A stretch of 63,320 nucleotides of DNA, filler included, from Thraustochytrium aureum (GCA_012862495.1; 6 parts of 5 records of this genome joined end to end with filler, not necessarily neighbours in it), one strand, 5' to 3'; shown: positions 47,996 through 60,396, counted from the first letter of the whole stretch. Made by a program: numbers and translations. Notes: a model not told the origin generated them from the letters alone.

Positions 47996-49075
47996 ATGGC
48001 GTCAAGGCCAGGTGTGGATTTCGAGCAAGCTCTGCTTGCACAGCGAGATCGACTCGCTGCGCTAGGCGTTCTGGGGGTGGAGGCACAAGGGCCATCGATG
48101 GGCAAGGAGGCCACACCATGCGACGCGAATGTCAGGAGGATTCTGCATTGGATTGCTGCGTATGAAGCGGTCGTCAAGGAACAGGGCGAGAGCGCTCAAA
48201 GCTCTGTGGCTGGCGAAGACGCGACGGAACAGAGCGCTCCGGTCGAGACCCGCGACTGGGACTCCCACGTCCAAATCTGGAGGCCGGATACCCAAACCAG
48301 TTGCGCGCTCACAGGGAATGACAGCCAACCAAACCCTCCTTGCAGACCTGCAGAACCCTCTTCAACGCCCGTGACGGAAGAGGTGGAGGTCGAAGCAAGC
48401 AACGGCCCGCCCATCTCTGTCGCATCTCTTGCAGCTCCGCTAAGCCCAGGTGACGAAGCGCAGAGCTCCGTTCGCGTTGCCAGCCGGGGCACAAGTGATT
48501 TAGAGTGCAAGGCAAGCTCATCAGAGGCTAGTGCAGAGGCTTCCTGCGGGCGCGAGTCTGCAATCGGCTCCCAGACGGATCAGGGAGGGGCCGCAGCAAG
48601 TGACGACGCTCTCGCCGAAGATGTGGCTTCTGATTCTGCGCATGACTCGGAATCGGAATCCGACTCCCTCCCCGCGCTTTTGTCGCCTACCGCGGAGTTC
48701 GTCGAGAGCGACCGATGGGCCAGTGCGTCACACGATAGGCACGATCCCTTTCGCCAACCAAATCGAGAGTCTGCGAGCAGAGGTGTTGCACAAACGCTTG
48801 GTTCCGATGTTCGCAACTCGAGCGACCTCGGCGTCTCGGAGTCTGAAGAGTCCAATGTGCAGAGATTTTTGAAGACGGCTCCAAAGCCAGCCGTCGCCGC
48901 CCAAGCGCGCGAGCGGCCCAGTCTAGCCATTCACGGCGACCTCGATTTTGATGGGCTTTCGTCGTCCTCCTCATCAAGCGCCTCCTCGCTGCCTTCGCTC
49001 CCATCGGATGCTGAAGAGGAGGAGGCGTTTCTGGCCCACTTGGTCGACGGAGACAGCTTAGTGCTGTCTCCGTGA
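47996..49075 (+). CDS. Hypothetical Ser/Glu-rich, largely disordered protein
   Basis: 359-codon open frame with a short helical N-terminal part; no recognisable domain. Confidence 0.5.
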   Translation: MASRPGVDFEQALLAQRDRLAALGVLGVEAQGPSMGKEATPCDANVRRILHWIAAYEAVVKEQGESAQSSVAGEDATEQSAPVETRDWDSHVQIWRPDTQTSCALTGNDSQPNPPCRPAEPSSTPVTEEVEVEASNGPPISVASLAAPLSPGDEAQSSVRVASRGTSDLECKASSSEASAEASCGRESAIGSQTDQGGAAASDDALAEDVASDSAHDSESESDSLPALLSPTAEFVESDRWASASHDRHDPFRQPNRESASRGVAQTLGSDVRNSSDLGVSESEESNVQRFLKTAPKPAVAAQARERPSLAIHGDLDFDGLSSSSSSSASSLPSLPSDAEEEEAFLAHLVDGDSLVLSP

Positions 49076-49487
49076 CGCCTGACGTCGAGAGTTGAGCCCT
49101 GGGCTGCCGATTGGAACTGGCGTAGCTGTTGGAACTTGAAATGGTCGACAAGGTCGTCTGTCAGACCCAAATTGAGAGGAGGCCCCGGGGCGGTGAGGTG
49201 GTGCCATCGGAGGGCAATCATCCGCCAAGCCCAGCATCATCTGCTTATGATGGCTTGGGCTCAGGCGCTGCGGGGCCAAACTGTGCGGNNNNNNNNNNNN
49301 NNNNNNNNNNNNNNNNNNNNNNNNNNNNNNNNTTAATTAATTAANNNNNNNNNNNNNNNNNNNNNNNNNNNNNNNNNNNNNNNNNNNNCGGGCGTTGTCG
49401 CAAACAAGCGCGTGCGGCTTGGTATGATTGATTCCCGCTTCAGCACAAGCAGCAAATCGAATTTGTTATTCTGCGCAAGCTTGCTTG

Positions 49488-50818
49488 TCACGCTCTGGCG
49501 GTCGCACTCCAAGCCTGCTCGGAGGCGCCGTGCGCGAGAGAGTACGCAACTGCCTCAACCTGGGGCTGGCCCGGGCGCAGGCGCCACTCGAGCGAGGGCG
49601 CGTACATGGCCAGCTCGTCCTGCGTATAGGGCGGATAGAGCGGTAGTCCATACTCGCGGAGCGACTTCATCTCGCGGTGCACGGCGCGCACAACGGTGCC
49701 CTGGTCCCTGCCCGACTCCACTTCGCGGTCTGCACAGCACAGCGGCTTGACGTTCCTCTCGCTAAAGCTCTTGATCTTGTCTCTCCAGTTAGCCCAGTGC
49801 AGCAACCCGTACATTGGCGGTGTTTGGCCCGACTTTAGCGGAATCACGCCTTGGCACTCCAAGCGTTCGAGGATGTCTTGCAAAGGCTCTTTTTCAAGGG
49901 TGAGGCGCCATCCCAGGTAGAGCCGCAACATGTCGAAGGACGCCTTGTCCGTGACAGTTTCTTGCAGGATGTGCTCGTGAAACACGAGGATGTGGCCCGG
50001 CGGGACGGTCACCTTTTGGCTTCTCTGGCCGAGCATCTCTTGCTCTGCTGGGTCGCAAACTGGCTCAAACCCGCTGTGCACAGATGGGCCAACCTCTTTG
50101 TGCGAGCCAGGCACGCAAGAGAATACCTGCCCTTCCAGGTCGAGGTTGCACCAGCCGCCATTGATCTTGTCGAGCTTTTTTGCCAAAGGCACTGCGTCGC
50201 GATGCCACGACTCGGGCGAGGGCGAAATCCCTTTGCGGCGAAACATGAGCCTGTCGATGAGCTGCTCGAGCCGCCAGGGCTCCCCTTCGGCGGACGGCGA
50301 AAGCAAGGAGCAGATCTTGCGAAATAGCGGCAGCAGGTGGGCCATTGCGTGCTCGCGGAGCTTCCGAACGGATGGGCAGTGGAACGACGCCGGGTTGCCC
50401 AGGGCCGCGAAACCGCCGAGAACAAAGTCCGTGGCGCCCGGCTTAAACTCTGGAAAGCCTTGGATATCTCTCATGATCTCTGCACGAAACGCTTCCAGCC
50501 GGGGTGGAGTTAGCCACGCCACCGGCACGCACACAAACCCATTCGTCTCAAGGTCAACGACCGCCTGTTCCACGTCAAAGCCTGCGTCCGCTGAAAGCAT
50601 CAACAAGCCCGCGGCGCCGCTATGCGAGCTCTGGCCAGCGACTTCCGCGGGCACTCTTCGCGGCGCACCTTCGTCTCCAACCTGGCTCGGCCGACCTGCT
50701 GGCTTGCACCTCTTTGGCGGCGAGGGCGGCGCATCGTCCGCGTTCACCTCCCGCTTGACGCCTCTGGCCTCTTCGCCAGCCGGGCAGCGCACTCCGCAAC
50801 GCGTGTTCGCCTCCGCCA

Positions 50819-50819
<1 letters not shown>
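49488..50819 (-). CDS. 2-oxoglutarate/Fe(II) dioxygenase (PhyH-like double-stranded beta-helix fold)
   Basis: LETNGFVCVP, LGGFAALGNPASFH, ESWHRD (HxD), GGWCNLD..FSCVPGSH, VPPGHILVF, RLYLGW. Confidence 0.78.
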
Positions 50820-50880
<61 letters not shown>

Positions 50881-51242
50881 NNNNNNNNNNNNNNNNNNNN
50901 NNNNNNNNNNNNNNNNNNNNNNNNNNNNNNNNNNNNNNNNNNNNNNNNNNNNNNNNNNNNNNNNNNNNNNNNNNNNNNNNNNNNNNNNNNNNNNNNNNNN
51001 NNNNNNNNNNNNNNNNNNNNNNNNNNNNNNNNNNNNNNNNNNNNNNNNNNNNNNNNNNNNNNNNNNNNNNNNNNNNNNNNNNNNNNNNNNNNNNNNNNNN
51101 NNNNNNNNNNNNNNNNNNNNNNNNNNNNNNNNNNNNNNNNNNNNNNNNNNNNNNNNNNNNNNNNNNNNNNNNNNNNNNNNNNNNNNNNNNNNNNNNNNNN
51201 NNNNNNNNNNNNNNNNNNNNNNNNNNNNNNNNNNNNNNNNNN

Positions 51243-54200
51243 GAATTGGTAGGTTTTTGGATTTTTTTGTGGTTGTTTTGTCTTTTTGTTTGTTGTCAGG
51301 CCAGGCGCTGCGGCAGGCTGGTCTCGGTGAAGGGTTGCTGGGCTTGGCTGGCTGCCTTTGGCCGCCGACGTTGGCTTTGCGCGCCTCCAGCTTCGCCCCC
51401 CCGCCGATTTGGCAACGCCGCCTCTGGCCAAGTGTGCCACATGGGCGCCTCGCGGCTGCCTTTGGCCGCCGAGGCGGGACCTCCATAATCGCTTGGGGCC
51501 TACTTTTTGCGCTTTTTAGGGCTGGGCGGCTGCGGCGGGCCGCTTCCGCGTTTATCCTTGGGCTTAACGCCTTTGCGCTTGTCTTTCGGCTTTCGCGCGC
51601 GCGCTTGTCAGTGGGCTTTTCCCGCTGAGCGCCGTGCTCTGCGCAAAATCTGCGAAACTTTTCTTCGCGGAGGCGATCACAACCGACTTGCTTGCACGTT
51701 TGGCCCACGTTGCACATCCCGCAGTACTCGAGGCCGCGCCGCGCTTCCTTTGTTGTGCAGCCGAGCTCGTTGGCAGACGGCGTTTTGGCCGGGCAGTTGG
51801 CAATCGTGCATGTTCCCGAGCATTTGCACTTGTGCGCAAGGCACACGCCTTGCGCCCCGTCGATCGGGGGCGCTCCACACAGCCTGTCCTTGGATATAAG
51901 GCCAGAGCAATGCAGAGGAAAGTGCCGCACGCAAAACGACGACTTGTTGCGGCGTGCCTCCGCACATCCTTCGACCGCACAACCCGGTGTTCCGACGCGG
52001 AAAGGCCCTTGAGGGCTCAAAGCCCGGTCGCCCGGAGGGGACGAGGGAGTGGGCTCTGGGCGCTCTAGATCTGCGGACTGTTCGGGGCTACTGCTAGGCT
52101 CTTCAACGGCCATGCGCACGTCTTGTTCGGCGGTGGGTTGGCGCTCAGTGGCGTGGTTGCGCGCCGGGACTTGTTCGGCGTTGGGTTGGCGCTCAGCGTT
52201 TGGGCGCTCAGTGGAGTAGTCGCGCGCCGTGAGCGCCCAAACGCTGAAACGCCCCACGCGCTTGGGCGCCCCCGTCAAATCTTGCCCCGAAAAGACTCTG
52301 ACCACAGAACGGGCGCTCTCCGTGTCGACCGTTTGAGCGACAACTAGGCACTCGACCGCTCGGCCTGCGCCCTTCAAGGCGCCGAGCACCTGATCGGCGA
52401 AAACATTCGCGTAGAAGCTTTGATAGTGCTCCACGCAGATAACCGCCTTGGTGGCGTTGGGCAAGAATTGAAACGCGGCGAGCTCCTTGGCGCCCCAGAG
52501 CGACATTTCGCTGCCGACACTTTGACAGCTGCAGAGGTTGGCTAAGTGGATGACGCTGACCGACTCTGGTTCGCCAAAGCTGTTCGCGCGTAGCCATTCC
52601 TGCAGCAGCGCCTCGGTCTTGGGTTTTGGCGGCTTGAGGTTCTTCTTGTTGTGGTAGAAACGGTTCGCCTTGAGGACGACCAGGCCAGCCTCGTCCACGA
52701 GGTGGTTGAACTCGATGTCTTCCCAGAACGTCTTGACGGGGTAGTAGACGCGCTTGTCGACCGTGGCGCGCACATTGAGGTACAGGAACGAGTAGACCGA
52801 GTAGGACACCATAAAGGGTGACTTTGGGGCCACGCGCGACCCCGAGGGGTCGCGCCGGATACCGATCAGGCCGTACTTGTCGACGCTCCCGCCGATCACG
52901 TCGAGCGGCTCTGTAGCGGCAGAGCCTTCAACTGGCCGCGGCACTTTTGGACCCCGAATCGGGTCCCCTGGCCTCATGCGGCGACAGGTCGGGCGCTCTC
53001 GAGCTGCATTTGTCACCGACGTGGCGCTGGGGTCGCCAAGCTCTCGCTGCTGGACGATGGCCTCGATCGGCCCCATGACGTCGGAGAAGTGGCACGCTTC
53101 AGGCGCGCTCGGCGACGCGCCACAGGCCGCGGCGACCTCGGGACGGCGAAAGCAAGCAAATACGTTGTCGTCCAGGACCCAGACCCAGTGCAAGCCCAGG
53201 GCGCACGCCGCGCGCTGGACAAAGTGCCGTGCGAACCCGATGCCGCCTTTCTGGGCTGTGAGGACGCTGCCAGGCCAGCCAGCCACGCCCTTGGGGCTCG
53301 GGAGGAGTGTCGGGCATGCCGATCACGACGTGCACAGCGCCAAACCGTTCTACGTAGCCGTCAAACTCGGCTCCCTTGCGCACGACAAGCGCAACGACGC
53401 GTTTGTGGCGCTCGTGCTGGGGAATACTCCGCGTGTAGTCGAGCAGCGCGGTGCCGCTGCGGTTGTACGAGGGCACAAAGATCCACTGGACGCGCTTGCC
53501 CGCGTCAGAGAGCTCGACGCGCTTTGCGTGGCGCTTGAACAAGTCCGCTTCGAGCCGGCCTGCTCCGCTGCTGCCGTACAAGCCTCGCACCGGCACGCTC
53601 AGCGCGACCTTGGTAGTTTCGAGGGGCGCGGGCAGGCTGAGCTCATCCCGAAAGCGCCGCCTTCCCTCTGAAAAGTCCAGGAGGAGGGCCTGCGAGGCCG
53701 GCCTCGCAGCGATTTTGCACGCCGCGCTGACGGCCTTGGCGGTATTATTGCCTTCGCTCCGCCTCCGCCGTGCACGTCGGTGGCGTTGGCCTCGCGCACA
53801 GTATCGAACAAGGTCTCCTGAACATGGGCTGCTGCTGCCTCCAAGACCAGCTCTTTCGCCCTGCCCTTCTTGGCGCCGTCCGCAGTTGTCGAGTTGGCCC
53901 TGAGCTTTGCTGCCAGGTCCTTGAGGCTCTCGACGGCGCCGGCAAGCGCGCCGCTCCCCAAGACGAGCTTAAGGCGGCCGTCAAAGTTGATGCACCGCTC
54001 TAGTACTTGTTCCAGTCCATCCACCACGTTGGCCTTGTGGCCCGCGAAAGGCGGCCGCGCAGTTTCGCACTGGTCTTTCAAAGCCTTGACCTTGGCTCGC
54101 CCGACTTCGGAGAGCAGGAACTCGCCCTCAAGGCCGAGCAAGTACTGGTTCGCAAACAGTTGAAGCCACTTGTTGGGGAGCGCGTGGCACGCGGCAAAGA

Positions 54201-57200
54201 GAGCGCGGAGCCGCTGCTGCAAGACCCGCTCGTGGTACTTGCCCTCAACGGGCTTGTCATAAGCAAGCCTCAGCGCCGCCTGCTTGGAGCAGACGAGGTC
54301 CTCCCAGCACGGCAAAACCCACTGCGCCAGGTCGACTCGAGCGAGCGGCGCTGCCAGGGGCGGCAGCTCGGGACGCTTGCTTCCACCGCGTCCTTGAGCA
54401 GGTAGAGAAAGTACAAATAGGTCCCTGTCTTGCCCTGCTGGCACTGCGCTTTGAGCAAAAGCCGGCGCGAGAGGGTCTCGGGCTCTTTGTCGCTCTGGTC
54501 GTAGTGCGGTTTGCGCTTGGCGGTCGTCTTTGCGACCGCCTCGCCATCGATGGACTTGGTCGTCATCCCGATGTCGTAATTTTCGCGATAAGCCGAGAGG
54601 CCGTGAAGGGGATTGTCCACAACGCCGTCCTCCGAGACCTTGACCTTTTTGGACTTCCCGACCCACTTGAGGTAGTCGTCCACCGTCGAGCCGCCGCCCA
54701 GGCAGTCCACGAGGTTGATCCGCCCCTGGGCGTCGAGGTACTTGATCTTGACCGCGTCCATCAGCATGTTGTACGACTCGGGCCGGAGAAGCACGGACGG
54801 GAGGGCGCGCTCGTACTTGGCCACGGTCCATTCCCCGGCTGCAGCGGTTTCATACTCGGCGACGTGTTCGAGCAGCTTGGCACGCAGCTGAGGGAGCGCG
54901 TCGGCGTGGAAAGCAATCTTGTCGTCCGGGGACTTGACCACGACGCTCCGGCCCTTGGAAAAGTGCTCTGCGAGCCTGTGGTCTCTGTCGCTCAGGAACT
55001 GGCCCACATCGTCGGCAAGCGGTCGGCCTTTGGTCCTTTGAAACGACACGGCCCCGTCCTTCGCGAGCCTGGGGTATCGGCACACGCGGCCAAACTCTTG
55101 GCAAAACGTGGAAAACGTGGGCGAGGACCGAAGGCGCAGGTCGAGGAAGCGAAACGAAGCAGGAAACGTGTCCCCCATCCGGCCCTTCTCGCAAAGGATC
55201 ACGATGCAGGGCAAGTTGTGCAGGTCCTCGTATTTTGCGGCCATCTGCGGCCGCCGCGGCTTGCAGATCCCCGGTTCGCCCGTGTTGCCTTGCATCTCGC
55301 CAAAGACGCGCATCTCCTCTTCGTAGGCGCGCATGACGCGATGCTCGACAGTCTCCGCGTCCTCGCCGGGGGAGCCGGGGTCTCGCAAGTCTGCCCGCAG
55401 TGCCCACGGCTCGAGTTGCCTCAAGATGCTGGACGATGCTCGCTCGTTGCCCCCCGTGCCGTCACCGCCATGGTCTCCGATGATGCTGAGCAGGTTGCGC
55501 CATTTTTGGGCTCGCTTTGCCCAGATGCAGATGGGACGAGCCAGCCCAGGCCGAGCTTTTTCTGAGCTTGCCGCAAAGCGTCCTGGACCGACATGTTTTC
55601 GTCCTTCTCGTAAACGCGCGTCACGCACATGTCGCCCGTGCGCCGCTCAGCGTCGACGTCAAAGAGGTGGTGCAGGATCCGGTCCGTTTCGGTAAACCAG
55701 GTGCTCGGCTCGGTCGCGGCCAGAGCGGCGTTGTCTGCGATGCAGCCTTTGAGCTTTTCCTTGATGACGTAGGTCCAAGCCTGCTTTAGCGTTGGAGTGG
55801 AATGGCAAGCGTTGCGACCAGTGCCGGTGCGGTCCGAGTCATTCTCTTCGATTTCGCGAATCGCTTCCTTTTCGATTTCTTCGCACGCGCGGAGGATGAC
55901 GTGCTGAACCGATCCGCGCTCGATGCCCTTCAAGAGCTTGAATGAGCCGACCTGCTTTCGAGGGTCGTCCTTGCACTCGAGCTCGAGGCGCTCCGCGATG
56001 CCGAGCGCCTGCGCAAACGCCTCGAGCCACTGCTTGGTTCCTGCGTACGCTTCGAGGTCGCTGTCTGAGAGGCCAGAGTGGAGGTCGTTTCGGAGGACCT
56101 CTTTGCCGAGCTTGTTGAGATTGTCCTTGTCGACGCGGTAGAACGCCAGGAACGCCATCGAGATGAGGTACTCGACGAGGAGAAAGTGCCCGTTGAACAG
56201 CGGCGTGGACTCGGAGTACTTGGAGACGCGACATGCTTCGCTTCTCCGTTTGGGCGCTTTGCGCTTGCCAAACTTTGATTCATACTCGCCAAGGAGCGTC
56301 GCGAAAGGCACGTCGACGCGGACGNNNNNNNNNNNNNNNNNNNNNNNNNNNNNNNNNNNNNNNNNNNNNNNNNNNNNNNNNNNNNNNNNNNNNNNNNNNN
56401 NNNNNNNNNNNNNNNNNNNNNNNNNNNNNNNNNNNNNNNNNNNNNNNNNNNNNNNNNNNNNNNNNNNNNNNNNNNNNNNNNNNNNNNNNNNNNNNNNNNN
56501 NNNNNNNNNNNNNNNNNNNNNNNNNNNNNNNNNNNNNNNNNNNNNNNNNNNNNNNNNNNNNNNNNNNNNNNNNNNNNNNNNNNNNNNNNNNNNNNNNNNN
56601 NNNNNNNNNNNNNNNNNNNNNNNNNNNNNNNNNNNNNNNNNNNNNNNNNNNNNNNNNNNNNNNNNNNNNNNNNNNNNNNNNNNNNNNNNNNNNNNNNNNN
56701 NNNNNNNNNNNNNNNNNNNNNNNNNNNNNNNNNNNNNNNNNNNNNNNNNNNNNNNNNNNNNNNNNNNNNNNNNNNNNNNNNNNNNNNNNNNNNNNNNNNN
56801 NNNNNNNNNNNNNNNNNNNNNNNNNNNNNNNNNNNNNNNNNNNNNNNNNNNNNNNNNNNNNNNGCCGCGGACGCCAATGGACCTCTCGACGCCCTTGTCG
56901 TCGTAAAACCTAAAGTCGCCCACACCCGAGGGCACGCCCCAGGTCGCAGTCTCCACATAGTACTCCATGGAGCGGTACAGCGTGGCCTTGGTGTCCCACA
57001 CGACCACGTTGTCCATCGGAACGCGCGATCGCCTCGAAAGGCAGTTTTGCGGCGTCGCGCTACCAGCATGCTCAACACATTGGGCCTGCGAATCAGTTCG
57101 ACGTCGTTCAGCAACTTGTCGTGCGCGCCGTCCTTGGTCGGCGCGTGGTGACACTCGTCGGCGATGACAACGACCAAGGTCCGCGCTCGCTGGGCCTCCG

Positions 57201-58680
57201 AGCGGACCGTCGCCATCACACCTTGCGTTGCATCGTCGTAGTGAAACTTTAAGACAACGCCGCCGTTGAGCTGGGCGCCGCGGACCCGGTCGGCTGTCTG
57301 CGACTGCAAGCTGTTAAAGTTGGGCGTCAGGATGACGAAAGACACGCGGTCAAACTTGCCGCGCAGCTTTTGCGCCGTGTCCCAGACGAGGTCGCTCTTC
57401 GCGCGTTCGGCAAGACTGCCGCTCTCGCCGAGCGCTTCGGCGCCGAGGAGCGCCCGCGCGGCCTTGAGAAACAATTCCTGGGCGATTCCCTGCTGCTCTG
57501 GGTGGGCAAAGTCCACGCGAGGCGGCGCCTGGAGCTCGGTGCTGGGCGCCGCGCCTAGCGGCGCCGCTGCGGGAATGAGTGTCTTCATCTCCAGTTTTAC
57601 GTGGCGGCGCACGACCACGCCACCCTCGGCGGCCGTGTCTTGTTCGTCCAGCGGAGTAATCTTTGCAATCTCCACCGTCTCGTAGTTGAACTCTTTTATC
57701 TTTTGCTCGAGGGCGTTCTTGAGCCACTCGTACTGCTCCCTTTCCACGCTTTTCTTCCGCACTTGGCCTTGCTCTGCCAAAATCTTTCCCCAATCGTTGT
57801 GCGCTTGAATGAAATTCACCGGGATCTCGTCTTGAATGAAATCCTCCGCGTTCTCGCCTTCGGCGCCCTCCTTGTCTCTGCTGGGCAGGAAAACGGAAAA
57901 GACAACGGTGATTGGCCGGAACTCGGGCTCGAGGTCTTCCTCCTCAGGGTCGTCGTCCGCCGCTCGCTCCTCTTTTGTCGTGGCGATGGCCTCCCAGACA
58001 GCGGCGCGGTCCGCTCTACTGGGAACAACGAGCAGGGCCCGTGTGTGGCCCTCGCCGCGAGAGATGGCGACAAACATGGTCCCCTTCTCGAGGGCGCTGG
58101 AGAGGTTGGCAGCACCTGTAGCAACGGCATCTGGGTTGTCCTCATCGTCCTCCTGGTCGCTCATATGCGTCGCTCGAGCGTTGTTCCACCCGAACTTTCT
58201 GTCCAGGTTGGCGATCTGCTCGAAGTGGTTGTCCGCGGAAATCGCCTGCTCGAGCGGCCCCCGCCCTCTGTTTTGCAGCACCAGCTCAAACTCGCTCGCG
58301 GCCTCGCGACCCGGCTCTTTGGCGGCCCCTGGCGCTCGGACAAACACCCTGACGTCGTCGCTGCCCCTGGGCAGCGCGGCCGTCGCCAGCGCGAGCGCAG
58401 CGCCGTCAAGCCGCACGAACGACTTGTGCCCAACCAGCGGCTTTGTCTCCCGCAGCCGGGTCACGTCCGCGCCAGTAATCTGCTGGCCGCCGACCGAGCA
58501 CTGCTCGAGCACGTCGCCGAGCAGCGCGACCGAGTCGGGCTCGACGCGTCCCTCGGCGAACGGAAACAGATCGAACAGCTTCCTGCGCGCCTCCTCGAGC
58601 TGCAGATCCGCGCCGACGGCCTTGCCCGTCGTCATAACCAGCACCACCGGGCGGCCGCCGCTGCCTGCGCCCGCCTCCAT
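51243..58680 (-). CDS. GREB1-like multidomain protein: possible GHKL-like N-terminus, circularly permuted SF2 helicase, TET/JBP-associated glycosyltransferase (TAGT) and CxxxxC..CxxH Zn fingers; about 5 frameshifts and a gap; no stop before the 3' gap
   Basis: Motif order: IADECHH, SATP, LPCIVILCEKGRMGDTFP..DLR..QEFGRVCRY, then Walker A LLLKAQCQQGKTGTYL. TAGT: IFVPSYNR, VVR..EF..Y, GIGFAR, WVLDDN, LYLN, EDIEF. Confidence 0.8.
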
Positions 58681-60364
58681 CGCGCTCGCTCCAACGCCAG
58701 CTCTTCCCTTGGCTGCCCCTCCGAGTCCTTCGCTGCTCGCCTCGGCCGCTGCAGTCTCGTTCGCTCTCGCGTTCGGTGTCTGCAGCACAGGCAGATCATT
58801 CAGATTCAGAAAACCCACCTTCAGATCCACAACTGCCAAATCAATCTTGACCTCAAAGTGACGAGTACTCCACAGCCGCAATAGCGCTGCGTTGAGGAGT
58901 GAGTATACTGCACTGCAGAGTCCTCACAAGCCGCGACAGCTCGAACCTCCTCGATGACAGCGGAGATTGAATCCGCACGAAGAAGCACGGCATGGACAGC
59001 CAGCCAGCAGAGAGGAGAGTACTCGAGTACTCCACGGACAACAGGAGGACAACGCTCGTGCCGCTCTGTGCTGGGAGAGCGCAACCCTTGGCTTTCGTTT
59101 CGAGACGGGAGAACAGTGGAAGGGTTCCTTTGCCGCAGGCGGCGTGAGAGGCGGGGTGCACACCCGTTCTCTTGAGCGATTTCAGGGGAACACAATGAGA
59201 AACGCCGCTGACTGAGAGAAGGAGGGGACACAGCGGCAATCACTCAGCCTCTGGTGCATCAGCGGCGCGAACAGGACACCAGCACCACGAGCAGGACGAC
59301 GAAGAGGTTGGTCGGGTTGGATGCACGCCAAGCGCGCCGCCCTGGATGGCGCCGCTGTGGCAGACCGAGGGTGGCGAGTGCCCGCGAAAGTGGGGGTCGT
59401 CAGCCAACACGGCCAGGGCCTGGTCGCTGGGCACCGCCTCGAGCTGCGGGACGCGCTTCGCTCAACCAGTGTACCTGGCCTGCGCCTCCTCGAAGCCGGA
59501 AGCTCCAGCTTTTCGCAAGGCCAGCAGCCGCACTCCGTCAGCATCTCGTCCACTGCCTCCGACCCCTTCACGAACAAGGGCGCGGATCTTTGAAATCGGC
59601 CCCACTTGGCCGACCTTCGAAATTGAGCAGGAGATGGATTCTAATTGAAACTCCATCTAATCGTAACAGTTCCACCCAGGAACACCTCAATCCGGTCGAC
59701 TATCGCCGACGGCAGTCCGCTTCTCTGACCGAAAATATGCATCATACGACGTCTCTGTCGAACCTGGTGCTCTATCACCCCGGCCAGCAGGCCAGCTCCT
59801 GTATTGCCGATGCTGTTGTTCGAAAGACTGTTGTAGTTGTTATTGTTGTCGTTCGATGATGGCGATTGTGGGGCGAGNNNNNNNNNNNNNNNNNNNNNNN
59901 NNNNNNNNNNNNNNNNNNNNNTTAATTAATTAANNNNNNNNNNNNNNNNNNNNNNNNNNNNNNNNNNNNNNNNNNNNGTCCGCTGTTTCGTTTTCGAGCC
60001 AACCTAACCCAGCGGATTTGACCCGCTGTTTAATAGGAGCGCAAGGTGAGCGTCCGCTGTTTCGCGCTGAAGCCGGAGAGCAGGCTGCCCCGCAGTCTCG
60101 CGAGAGGGCCGGCTGCCCCGCTCGGGGAATCCCGCCGGCATCCGCGGCCAGGACACCGCGCAGGCCACTTGAATCGCACGCTCGAGATAGAGACCGGACG
60201 CAGCGCGGGCCGGGATGCGACTGGAATCGGTCGAGCGTTTTTTGTCGCTTCGAGCCACGTGCTTGCTCATTGCGTGTGCTTGTGGTGCTGTGGTGACGCG
60301 AAGCGGCCCAGCCGGGCTGACCCCTGCCAGACCCCGAACTGGTGCGCGCGAGACCTGCATCGGG

Positions 60365-60396
<32 letters not shown>

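Noticed and set aside
52120..52215. Short spaced repeats (GTTGGCGCTCAG; also 4067-4150, 40790-40890, 5689-5733) as a CRISPR-like array
   Set aside because: Coding or simple tandem repeats without unique spacers of constant length; no cas operon, and the Cas4-like domain is part of a helicase fusion on another scaffold.
13747..58680. GmrSD nuclease and TAGT/dioxygenase as one linked restriction-modification locus
   Set aside because: Functionally tempting, since GmrSD targets sugar-modified hmC, but they lie on different scaffolds joined artificially. Proximity in this window is no evidence of linkage.
59240..59656. Second in-frame TGA (59462-59464) between two short minus-strand ORFs as selenocysteine
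   Set aside because: No redox motif, no recognisable family and no SECIS seen.
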